DNA of 64,000 bases from Ignisphaera sp. (GCA_038889075.1 JAWAHS010000001.1:279764-343763); one strand, 5' to 3'; shown: positions 52,312 to 61,317, counted from the first letter of the stretch. Notes: generated from the letters alone by a model not told the origin. Numbers and translations are program-made.

Positions 52312-55185
52312 CTATCTGTCGTTCCAATACTTATGTGTTCTTAGAAACACTTTCTCTTGTTCAACAATATTATAAATAAGCGACTCTAGATCGCTAGATC
52401 TAGCTAGGATACGTTTTGCTGCTTCCACACCTATGCCACGTCCTTGTAGAGCTATTATGCTAGCTATACCATTTTCCATAATTAAATGCATTTCTTTAAC
52501 TATTTTTTCAGCTAGACTTTTCTCCTCAGGTTTCAGCTTTGATACATCAGTAAATTTCCTTAATTTTTCTAATATCTTCTTTATTTCAGTTAACTGCTTA
52601 TCGTTAGCCAATATCAACGCTTTGGATCCGCACTTTGGACACATAATATGACATTCGAATACATTTTGACATCTACTGATATATTCAGAGATGTTTATAG
52701 TTAGCACAGTATAGCATAGTGAACAGAGCATCCTTACTTCATTAGATATAAGTCTCCTTTTAGCAGTCTCTATCAGTATATCTCTTGGCATAATAGATTG
52801 CTTTACTATATATCCAATAGATCCTAGAGATGAGATTTCTAATAGGAAAGGCGAAGCCTTTGTTGTAACAATGATTTTTATCTTTTTCCTTTTTAGAGCT
52901 ATCTCTCTTAAAAACTTCTCTAGGGATTCTATATCTACCTTCTCTATAAGGAGCTCTCTTAAAGCTTCATCAACTAGTGTAGGAATATTTAGAAGAGAGG
53001 ATGCAATTCGTCTAACTTCGGATAGCTCACCATCTTTGCTAATTATACCAAATCTTTTAGCAACATCGATGAGCCGTTTCTTAAATATCGATGAATTCAT
53101 TAATTCTTTACTTACTATGCTCCCTATACCCCCATCATTAAGATGTTGTAGTAGACCTTGTAGTACTTTAGCGATATCATTGGCTTTTACTTGAGCACTT
53201 GTAAGAATTACAGAACCCAATTGATGTGCCCTATATGATGTACTGATACCAAGAAGACTTCTAAAAATACTACTTATTGCTAAGGCGAAAGCTTCTGAGC
53301 CCTTTGTACCTAGGCAGTGGTAAAATGAAATAATACTTCCGCTCAACTCACTCGAATTATGTAGCTCTATGATGAATATGTCGTCACGTGGAAAGAGCTT
53401 GCAAAGCTTCTCTCTATTCTCTAAAAGAAACTGTGTAACGGTACTATTAATGCGGTATTCTTTTACTAGATTTTCGATACAGTAATCAGCTGTACAGCTA
53501 CAGAATCTCCTTATAAGTGAACATTCTTCACGTGCAACATTTCTATGAACGGGAATGTTATCTCCAACCCATTTTGGTAATATAACAATATCTGACTTAG
53601 TTGGTGGCGAAAGCCACACAACTCTATTTTCTAAATCTATCCCTTCTATTTTCCATGCTTTTCCAGCTAGTATTATTATATCACCTTCATTGCAGGTTGC
53701 AACAAAATCTTCATCGAGAAGGCCTATTACATTATTATCCAGTACAGATCTTGCTTCAATGTGATTTGTATCGGGAATCATATTCGTAGTTAGATAGTAT
53801 ATTAGACCTCGTTTAGTTGGTGCACAAATGCTATCCCTACATTTAAGAAGATTTATTGAATCTAGAAAGTTGATTACAGACTGTAACTTTTCTATAGATA
53901 GTGATGAGAATACAGATGCCTTCGATATCATATCCAAAACCTCTTTAATTCCTATAGAACCTCGCTCTATAGCTATGCCTACAACTTGATGTGCTAAAGC
54001 GTCGAGAGGTTCCATGTGTATGTTTACAGGCTCTAAGATTCTATTTGCGGCTCTCCTAGCTATAACTATGGATTCTATAAGCTCTGTAATGATTGGGGGT
54101 ACGACGATAGCACCCCTAGATACATTTTCCTCTCTATGGCCAGCTCTACCAACTCTTTGGATAAGTTTTGTAGCTTGTCTCGGAGAGAGATATTGAATTA
54201 CAAAATCTATTCCACCAATATCTATGCCTAATTCAAGACTTGATGTAGAGATAGCGACCCTTATGTCACCCTTCTTAAACATTCTCTCAGTATACTCTCT
54301 TAAACCCCGTGAAAGAGAACCGTGGTGAATACCTATACTACTATCTAGGTTAAGGATTTTTCCTAGAGCAAACCCTATTTCCTCAGCTGCTATACGTGTA
54401 TTTGTGAATATGAGAACTTGATTATTAGCATAGACTAGCTTCTTTATAGTTTCCATAACAGAATTTGCATCAAAAATTCCATTCCGATATTTCATATCAG
54501 ATAGAATTACATCTATTGAGTACTGTTTTGGAGTAGGCGATTCAACTACATCAAATCTTCTCTGACCAAATAAGTATTGAGCAACAAGATTGATATCTCT
54601 AATGGGTGAAGATATAGCAATTCTTCTAACATGTCTATTGACGATAGAGTCTATTCTTTCTAATGAAACAATGAGCTCTGAACCTCTTTCACTTGAAATC
54701 ACTTCCTGAAGCTCATCCACTACAATAGCATAGAGATTGTTTAGGAATGTTCGGAATTCCTGCTTAATTAAAAGTATTTGAAGGCTTTCAGGTGTTGTTA
54801 TGAGGATTGATGGTGGATTTTCGATAATCTTTCTTCTTGAACGATGTGGTGTATCTCCATGCCATATATCGACAGATAATTGAAATAGCGATGCTATTTT
54901 CTTTAATCTTTCAGCCAAATCTCTATTTAGAGCTCTTAGAGGTGTTATATATATTACAAGAATGCCCTTCTTGATAGTATTCCCTTGTAAAATTTTCCAT
55001 AATATCGGTATAATTGCAGCTTCAGTCTTTCCACTTCCTGTAGGTGCCGATATCACGAGATCTGTTTCTGAATTAATAATCTTAGGAATAGCTTGCTGTT
55101 GAATTTGTGTAAGTTTATGAAAACCTAGCTTTCTAAATGTCTCCACAATCTCCTCTTCTTTACCTAGTAGATTCACTAACTGCAA
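52312..55185 (-). CDS. lhr: Lhr-family SF2 DEAD/DEAH helicase with C-terminal zinc ribbon
   Basis: APTGSGKT, PLRALNRD, TTPESL, DELQ, HHGSLS, ELGIDIG, QRVGRAGH, WVG and CSLC..CPKC motifs. Confidence 0.9.
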   Translation of the reverse strand: MQLVNLLGKEEEIVETFRKLGFHKLTQIQQQAIPKIINSETDLVISAPTGSGKTEAAIIPILWKILQGNTIKKGILVIYITPLRALNRDLAERLKKIASLFQLSVDIWHGDTPHRSRRKIIENPPSILITTPESLQILLIKQEFRTFLNNLYAIVVDELQEVISSERGSELIVSLERIDSIVNRHVRRIAISSPIRDINLVAQYLFGQRRFDVVESPTPKQYSIDVILSDMKYRNGIFDANSVMETIKKLVYANNQVLIFTNTRIAAEEIGFALGKILNLDSSIGIHHGSLSRGLREYTERMFKKGDIRVAISTSSLELGIDIGGIDFVIQYLSPRQATKLIQRVGRAGHREENVSRGAIVVPPIITELIESIVIARRAANRILEPVNIHMEPLDALAHQVVGIAIERGSIGIKEVLDMISKASVFSSLSIEKLQSVINFLDSINLLKCRDSICAPTKRGLIYYLTTNMIPDTNHIEARSVLDNNVIGLLDEDFVATCNEGDIIILAGKAWKIEGIDLENRVVWLSPPTKSDIVILPKWVGDNIPVHRNVAREECSLIRRFCSCTADYCIENLVKEYRINSTVTQFLLENREKLCKLFPRDDIFIIELHNSSELSGSIISFYHCLGTKGSEAFALAISSIFRSLLGISTSYRAHQLGSVILTSAQVKANDIAKVLQGLLQHLNDGGIGSIVSKELMNSSIFKKRLIDVAKRFGIISKDGELSEVRRIASSLLNIPTLVDEALRELLIEKVDIESLEKFLREIALKRKKIKIIVTTKASPFLLEISSLGSIGYIVKQSIMPRDILIETAKRRLISNEVRMLCSLCYTVLTINISEYISRCQNVFECHIMCPKCGSKALILANDKQLTEIKKILEKLRKFTDVSKLKPEEKSLAEKIVKEMHLIMENGIASIIALQGRGIGVEAAKRILARSSDLESLIYNIVEQEKVFLRTHKYWNDR

Positions 55186-55199
55186 CCTCCTTTAATATT

Positions 55200-55220
55200 T
55201 TGTTTAAATAACTTAAACAA
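55200..55220. promoter_or_regulatory. Perfect 8-5-8 inverted repeat upstream of lhr (candidate operator)
   Basis: TTGTTTAA-ATAAC-TTAAACAA, 15-35 nt upstream of the lhr start. Confidence 0.4.
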
Positions 55221-55377
55221 TACTACTAATAGTATAGGCCAGCAGAACTTATATTGCTTATTCCCAGTTCTTGATGCAATGAGCATGCGATTAGAACGCT
55301 GGATTTATTAATTCTAACTGCTAAGTTGCATATTAAATACAGATGAACTTACAGTCATTAGGATAGGTAATGGAATA

Positions 55378-56088
55378 ATGGTTAGGAAAAGAAAGGATTT
55401 TGTGAAACTTTTAATAAAGTTGTATGTAGTAATATATGGTCTGTTACTTCTGATCTTAACCCAATCAGTTCCATTGCATTTAAATATGTATGTATTGATC
55501 CTCTCTCAACATCCTATACTGTATCTAACATCATCTATTTTTGAAATAGCATCCATAGCTGAAAGGTATATCATCAATATAGTTGTGATACTGCCCCTGC
55601 TCTCAATTGAGATCGTTAGAACTTTAATCTGTCGTAAACTAGGTATTCTGATTCTAGAAATAGTGATATTTCTTCTAATTACAGGTAATATAGTATTTAC
55701 CTCCATGTACAGTATTTTAACATTAGTTTTAGTTAAATTTCTAAGAGCTTTTCTTTTTCCACAGAATAGATATAGGGAAGGATACAATAAAATAGATTGC
55801 GATGTCAAACATTGTAAAACGATAGTAGCTGAGGAGATTCGTAGAAGCCAGAGATACGCTATGATGCTTATATCAATGGGTGTATCAATTCTAATCAATA
55901 TAGCTTTAATCACCATCTTCAAAACTGTTCTTTTTCTAATTTCCGTACTAATTTATGTTGTTATAATAGCGATAACCTATATCCATAGCTCTATAAGCTA
56001 TGGGTCAACTGCTATCACTACACTAATTGGACAGGCGGTAATAGCTGGTATACCACCCTATGGTGTGCTCTCTAACATTAAATGTTGA
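55378..56088 (+). CDS. Hypothetical multi-pass membrane protein
   Basis: Highly hydrophobic 236 aa ORF, divergent from lhr. Confidence 0.6.
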   Translation: MVRKRKDFVKLLIKLYVVIYGLLLLILTQSVPLHLNMYVLILSQHPILYLTSSIFEIASIAERYIINIVVILPLLSIEIVRTLICRKLGILILEIVIFLLITGNIVFTSMYSILTLVLVKFLRAFLFPQNRYREGYNKIDCDVKHCKTIVAEEIRRSQRYAMMLISMGVSILINIALITIFKTVLFLISVLIYVVIIAITYIHSSISYGSTAITTLIGQAVIAGIPPYGVLSNIKC

Positions 56089-56303
56089 CCATCAACAACT
56101 ATGTAATGTTGTAACGGTATTTTTGTAAGCTTAATTTAGTTTAGGATATAGCATTAGCAAGATAGACAAAACAGTGTTATCCATAACTGCGTCGTTCTAT
56201 ATCAGCAAATTCAAATAAATTATGAATTGAGAATACGAAATATAAACTTATAAGCTATACAATACTCTAATAGTTAGCCTCAGAGTCTATTGTGTGAGCT
56301 TTT

Positions 56304-56741
56304 ATGAGCAAACAGTGCCTTGAATTACCAGCTGAATGGAAAAAATACCGGTATAGGAATAAGACTTTGGAAGAGCTCGTAGATATGCCCATGGATGATT
56401 TAGTAAAGTTGCTACCTGCTAGAGCTAGGAGGAGTCTCAATAGAGGATTCTCACCTAGGCAAAGAAGATTGCTAGAGAAGGTTATAGAAGCCCGTCAAAA
56501 ACTTTTAAATGAATGCAAAGAGAGTATAATAAAGACTCATGTGAGAAACATGCTAATACTACCAATAATGGTTGGATTAACAATAGCTGTACATAATGGT
56601 AAAGAATTTGTGCCGGTAAGAATAACGCCTGAAATGATAGGACATTATTTAGGGGAATTTGCACTAACAACAAAACAGGTAAAACATGGAGAGCCGGGGC
56701 TTAAAGCGACTAGAAGTACACTATTTGTAGCTCTCAAATGA
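56304..56741 (+). CDS. rps19: 30S ribosomal protein S19
   Basis: [33 protein letters not shown] and ATRS motifs. Confidence 0.97.
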   Translation: MSKQCLELPAEWKKYRYRNKTLEELVDMPMDDLVKLLPARARRSLNRGFSPRQRRLLEKVIEARQKLLNECKESIIKTHVRNMLILPIMVGLTIAVHNGKEFVPVRITPEMIGHYLGEFALTTKQVKHGEPGLKATRSTLFVALK

Positions 56742-56789
56742 TATTACCACATACTAATTTTCGCTATACAATTGAAGTAGGAGATCATC

Positions 56790-57512
56790 ATGGGTAAAAG
56801 AATTTTATCCCAAAGAATGGGTAGAGGGACACAAGTATTTAGAAGCCCTAGTCATATGAGGATTGCACCTGTAAGGTATCCTCCCCTAAATAGGGAAACC
56901 AAACGTGGGATTGTTGTGGAGCTGCTCCATGAACCTGGGCGAAGTGCACCTGTAGCTTTAATAAAACTTGAAGATGGCAGTGAATTCTATAATATAGCAG
57001 TTGAAGGTTTAAGAATAGGACAGATCATAGAAATAGGAAGTGGTGCACAGCCAAATGTTGGAAACATTGTTGCATTAAGGAATATCCCCGAAGGTACTAG
57101 GATATGTAATATAGAATTGAGACCGGGAGATGGTGGGAGGTTAGTCAAAACCGGAGGCTCGTATGCCATACTGATAGGTAAATCATCTACACATGCAGTT
57201 ATAACGCTTCCTAGTGGAAGACAAAAGTCTGTACTGCTTGATGCTCGTGCAACTATAGGAGTAGTGGCTGGTGGTGGTCGGCTTGAAAAACCGTTGCTTA
57301 AGGCTGGTAATGCATACTATAAATGGAGAGCTAAGGCTAGAAAATGGCCACGAGTTAGAGGCGTAGCCATGAATGCAGTTGATCATCCCCACGGTGGAGG
57401 TTCGCACCAGAGTGAATCAAAACCTACAACTGTATCCAGGAGAGCTCCACCTGGCAGAAAGGTGGGTCACATAGCAGCTAGAAGAACTGGTAGAAGAAAA
57501 GGTGCACACTAA
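56790..57512 (+). CDS. rpl2: 50S ribosomal protein L2
   Basis: MGKRI..QR.GRG, HEPGR.AP, WPRVRGVAMNAVDHPHGGG and APPGRKVG motifs. Confidence 0.98.
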   Translation: MGKRILSQRMGRGTQVFRSPSHMRIAPVRYPPLNRETKRGIVVELLHEPGRSAPVALIKLEDGSEFYNIAVEGLRIGQIIEIGSGAQPNVGNIVALRNIPEGTRICNIELRPGDGGRLVKTGGSYAILIGKSSTHAVITLPSGRQKSVLLDARATIGVVAGGGRLEKPLLKAGNAYYKWRAKARKWPRVRGVAMNAVDHPHGGGSHQSESKPTTVSRRAPPGRKVGHIAARRTGRRKGAH

Positions 57513-57518
57513 AATTTT

Positions 57519-58973
57519 CTACACGCCATAGAATTTTCTTAACATTTTCTCAACAGATTCGTATCCCTCATTAGTTACTTCAAGTATTTTTGTCCTATAG
57601 TCTAATTCGGCTTCGATATCATCCTTTAAGAGCCTTCTAGCGAGTCTTTTCATTGTATAGCTATTCATTATCAAATTGGTATCGGGATCGTATATCTCCC
57701 TCCATCCATTATCAATACGTTCATACACTTTCCATACCCTCCGTTCAATTTTATGACCTATTCGTAGTCTTGAGATAAGTATCACGAGAGCGGTATTTAG
57801 TGATAACATATAATACAAATCTTGCGGAAGAAGATTTCTTAAAGCCATTTCATATTCTTCAGATGTTGACGCGTGAAATGTTGTAACAGAACCGGAACCC
57901 GACGCAACAGCTCTAACGAGCGCTGTTATTTCACGTCCTCTAACTTCACCAACTGCTAAAATATCAGGTCTATATCTAAGTGCTGTAAAGCATCTTTGCA
58001 ACATGTCTTCTGAAGTTTCACCGTAGAATTGTAGGAATCTTGACCTCATGGGAAGCTTTATTTCAGGAATATCTTGAACTACGATTATCTTCCAGTTAGG
58101 ATTGCTGAGTTGAAGTACAGCATTCAATAACGTAGTTTTTCCCGAGCCACTTCCACCTATTATTGAATAGAACATTTTCGCATCATTTATAAGCCAAAGT
58201 AGTGCAGCTATTTGCGGTTCTACCACCCCGCTCTTTATTAATTTAATGATATCTATTGGTATGGAGGGGAGTTTTCTTATATTAAATGTCGGACTGTGGC
58301 TAATAGGTTCACCAAGTGTTGCAGCAATCCTATATCCCTCTGGCAGTGCAGCGTGGAGCTCAGGTTTAACTAGTGAAACTGCCTTGCCACTCCTTATAGC
58401 AAGCCTTTCAAGATAGCTTCTAATCTCTTCTTCACTACTAAACTGAATATTTGTAAGCAAAGCTTCATAACTTAGAAAGTCTTTATGGACGACTGTAATT
58501 GGTTTCCGCCAATCAGATAGCTCTATATCTTCTATACCAGGATCCTTTATAATAGGATCCAAGATTCCATAACCGAAGGAATCTCTGGTAATATAGTAAA
58601 GTAAGCTGTTGTAATATTTATGAAGTTCTTCCTCGAACCCAAAGTTATGAGCAATATTCTCGATAGCTTTCTTCAGATCCTCAGCATCATGTATTATAAA
58701 GTAGGATGTATAGAGATAATCCATTATAATACTGTATAGTCTTGATCCAGCTTCATCTAAATGAGGCTCCGTAACAATATACCTAGCGGTTCCATATTTA
58801 TCAACACATATTGTGACAGCGACTTCACCAACATTATAGTTTCTCAGAATCTCTAAGCATAGATCGTTTATATCCTCCATATGTATTCTATGAACATTCT
58901 TTCTAATCAAAAGACCTCCAGTATTGGAACGAGGATCTGTTTTCGTAAAGATATCGAATTTCATAACCCCCAT
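57519..58973 (-). CDS. Type II/IV secretion (VirB11/FlaI-like) ATPase
   Basis: GYGILDP..D..IEDI, FNIRK, Walker A GGSGSGKTT, LRYRPD...VGEVRG and TTFHA motifs. Confidence 0.9.
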   Translation of the reverse strand: MGVMKFDIFTKTDPRSNTGGLLIRKNVHRIHMEDINDLCLEILRNYNVGEVAVTICVDKYGTARYIVTEPHLDEAGSRLYSIIMDYLYTSYFIIHDAEDLKKAIENIAHNFGFEEELHKYYNSLLYYITRDSFGYGILDPIIKDPGIEDIELSDWRKPITVVHKDFLSYEALLTNIQFSSEEEIRSYLERLAIRSGKAVSLVKPELHAALPEGYRIAATLGEPISHSPTFNIRKLPSIPIDIIKLIKSGVVEPQIAALLWLINDAKMFYSIIGGSGSGKTTLLNAVLQLSNPNWKIIVVQDIPEIKLPMRSRFLQFYGETSEDMLQRCFTALRYRPDILAVGEVRGREITALVRAVASGSGSVTTFHASTSEEYEMALRNLLPQDLYYMLSLNTALVILISRLRIGHKIERRVWKVYERIDNGWREIYDPDTNLIMNSYTMKRLARRLLKDDIEAELDYRTKILEVTNEGYESVEKMLRKFYGV

Positions 58974-59012
58974 ATATAGTACTTTAATAAAGGTTACAGT
59001 ATTAGTTATTTA

Positions 59013-59075
59013 TTATCAGCATTTCCGGCTCTCTTCATCGAAAAATACTCAAAAGACCCTCTGATCATCATATGC
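59013..59075 (-). ncRNA. C/D-box guide sRNA directly downstream of tRNA-Gln
   Basis: Minus strand reads ATGATGA-tcagagggtctt-TTGA...TCGATGA-agagagccggaaatg-CTGA. Confidence 0.75.
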
Positions 59076-59088
59076 AACTCTAAATCGT

Positions 59089-59164
59089 TGGTAGCCGGGC
59101 GGGGATTCGAACCCCGGTCACGGGGGCCAAAGCCCCGCATCCTTGGCCGCTAGACGACCCGGCT
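59089..59164 (-). tRNA. tRNA-Gln(TTG), CCA encoded
   Basis: AGCCGGG/CCCGGCT acceptor stem, anticodon loop CT-TTG-GC, GGTTCGAATCC T-loop, ends ACCA. Confidence 0.97.
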
Positions 59165-59249
59165 ACGCTGTAGTTTACAGCAATCTGATACAGCTTATAA
59201 ACATTTATAAATGTTAATGTTCATAATATAATTTCTAGTATCTGACCGA

Positions 59250-60695
59250 TTAGCTAGGAGGACCATCATCTATAATAGCTGGAATACGTAGAAGTACATT
59301 ACATATGAAAGACATACTATTTGCTAAATAGAGTGGGCATTGCATATTGAAATGATGATTCCTAGACCAGACGGAGATCTTAGATGAAGAGTGGTTGCCT
59401 GCGTCGCTTATTTGGGTTTGTTTAGGTGTTTTGAATATCATGGGTATATTCGACACGGGCTTCTCCCTCATCACCTGCTCACCTGTTGCAGGGTCATCGG
59501 GAGCTACATCGACGGACACCACTGGGCCCACCGCGTGGTATATGTATCCCCCGCCTCTGATGGCTACCCAGCCATCATTGAGGCGGGAGAAGAGGTTTAG
59601 GCAAGCTACGTAGTGTGAGTTAAACTCGAATCCGCATTTCTTGCACTCGAATCTGTCACCGTTTCTGTTCTCCTTGTCCACGTACCTGCAGGATGGGCAT
59701 GTTATAGAGGTTTTCTTAGCATCAACTTTAACGACGTTCAAACCTCTCTCGTACGCTTTGTACTCAAGGTTGAATATCATCTTTCTGTATGGAAATGTCT
59801 GAAGCCTGTAGTTTAGCTTCCTACTACCTTTCCTACCGTTCATCTTCATGTCCCTCAGGTTCTCTCTAACAATGTCCGCTTTGTTCACTCTGGTGATTTC
59901 AGCTATAACAGTTGTAACCTTCTTCACTCTATCTTCAACTCTACTCCTCTCTCTAGCACCGAGCTTCTCCAGCAACTTGTTTCTCTCGTAGGTGTTATCC
60001 ACTTTTCTCTGAATAGATCTCCGAATCCTCCTGTAGTTCAATCGTAACCTACTTACGTCGTAGTTTATCGTGAAGAGTACAGCTCTACCTTTCTCATAGT
60101 CTACGAGGAGGCATGCCATGTTGTCCTCGTTGATATCGATCACCAGCTTATTCCTGTGCTCAAACACTTCAACATTCTTTCTGATGGTTAGGAGAATATA
60201 TAGGGCATCCCTATCTACGATGATCTTCGAGTTAGAGACTTTAGCATTACTGAGCTCTCTCAACGCATGGTCATAAACCAGCATGATAAACTTAGCGTAC
60301 TCACCACTACCAATAGATAACCTGAGGATCTTGGAGCTGTTTTCTTCCTCGATTCTGAACGTATCGATGTGTAGATCAACCACTCTGTTTGCATCAACGC
60401 TTGGCGGTGAAGGTGAATTCCCTCGCTTATACTTCATCCACTTTCCTAGAAGCTTCCTGTAGCTCCTGTACACTACGAGAGCTCTCTTGTAGGCTTCTTC
60501 AACATACTTGTTGTGGAGATGCGGATACCTTTCTCTAAGATACCTGTAGCAGAGCTCGTGAGCCTTCTTCCTGCTCCTCACATTGTTTTTAACTACTATG
60601 TTCAAAGCATCCATGAGAATGTTTGTGTAATCGCTTAGCAAGCTGTGTACAAGAACCTTATCTCTCTTGGAGAGTGGTACAAGCTTAATCTTCAA
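59250..60695 (-). CDS. tnpB: TnpB-family RNA-guided protein; ORF reads through the element end
   Basis: RuvC-I VIDINE, RuvC-II IVRENL, LEYKA...TSITCPSC...FECKKCG; RuvC-III reads NSHYVACLNL. Confidence 0.9.
   Translation of the reverse strand: MKIKLVPLSKRDKVLVHSLLSDYTNILMDALNIVVKNNVRSRKKAHELCYRYLRERYPHLHNKYVEEAYKRALVVYRSYRKLLGKWMKYKRGNSPSPPSVDANRVVDLHIDTFRIEEENSSKILRLSIGSGEYAKFIMLVYDHALRELSNAKVSNSKIIVDRDALYILLTIRKNVEVFEHRNKLVIDINEDNMACLLVDYEKGRAVLFTINYDVSRLRLNYRRIRRSIQRKVDNTYERNKLLEKLGARERSRVEDRVKKVTTVIAEITRVNKADIVRENLRDMKMNGRKGSRKLNYRLQTFPYRKMIFNLEYKAYERGLNVVKVDAKKTSITCPSCRYVDKENRNGDRFECKKCGFEFNSHYVACLNLFSRLNDGWVAIRGGGYIYHAVGPVVSVDVAPDDPATGEQVMREKPVSNIPMIFKTPKQTQISDAGNHSSSKISVWSRNHHFNMQCPLYLANSMSFICNVLLRIPAIIDDGPPS
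59348..59402 (+). ncRNA. C/D-box sRNA candidate (tRNA D-loop guide); D box appears damaged at the IS607 right end
   Basis: C ATGATGA (59352), guide TCCTAGACCAG complementary to tRNA-Gly 2192-2202, D' CGGA, C' TAGATGA; D position reads CTGC. Confidence 0.6.
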
Positions 60696-61317
60696 AGTCT
60701 TCTGAATAGTCTTGGTAGCCGTTTCCCACCACCTCTTCTATGGTGTTTTTTTATCTTCCTAAACTTCTGGGATCGCTTACCGTATATCCTGGCGGCGAAC
60801 GATGTTACTATCGCAACGAAGTCCTCCACTAGTTCATCCATGTAGCCTTGTGAAGCTGTTTCGTTTTTCATATTTGTTCGTATCGGTTGATAATGATAGA
60901 AACATTTATAAACACCTTATACACTAATATGCGTGAAGGTACCTCGATGAGGGATCGAGAGCCCTCGGCAAGGGCTCTCCCCGAGACACAGCAAGATGTG
61001 GGGTGCCCGGGGTCACCCTGAACGCCCCTAAGCCCGATGAGAACCCGAGCGGAATGCAGGGGAACAAGAGATGAGGCGATGACATCAACCAACAAAAACC
61101 CACATCAGAGCTGAACCCCCTTCTCGCTCTCCTCTACAACCTCTACTCTAACACCGTGCGACTCGAAGAACCGAGCGAGGTACTCGAAGCCAAACCTGGT
61201 CAACCTATCGCGGAACTCTACAACCACAACACTTATCTCGTGTTTAACCGCCATATCGAGGAGTTTCTGTAAACCACTACGCTTCTCATTCAAACCACTC
61301 GCAACATCTGTTACAAT
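60686..61317 (-). pseudogene. tnpA: IS607 TnpA serine recombinase: 5'-truncated, interrupted by mini-element B, frameshifted
   Basis: IVTDVASGLNEKR..VVEFRDRLTRFGFEYL..EESEK | GYMDELVEDFVAIVTSFAARIYGKRS; apparent extra A in an A7 run near 60750. Confidence 0.9.
60846..61119 (+). mobile_element. Mini-element copy B (non-autonomous IS607-like element with promoter and omegaRNA-like scaffold)
   Basis: Removing 60848-61119 exactly restores tnpA codons AAG|GGC TAC; CC at both junctions; homologous to copies A and C. Confidence 0.92.

Larger units (their letters stand above)
59398..61317 (-). mobile_element. Decayed IS607-family element (tnpA serine recombinase + tnpB), left end lost
   Basis: Overlapping tnpA remnant and tnpB; visibly higher GC than the flanks; 10-nt-period A/C-rich repeats near the right end; boundaries approximate. 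Confidence 0.88.

Noticed and set aside
59400-59600. Resident tnpB as parent of the mini-elements
   Set aside because: Its 3' tail shares no alignable sequence with copies A-C beyond short GATGA motifs; the parent must lie elsewhere.
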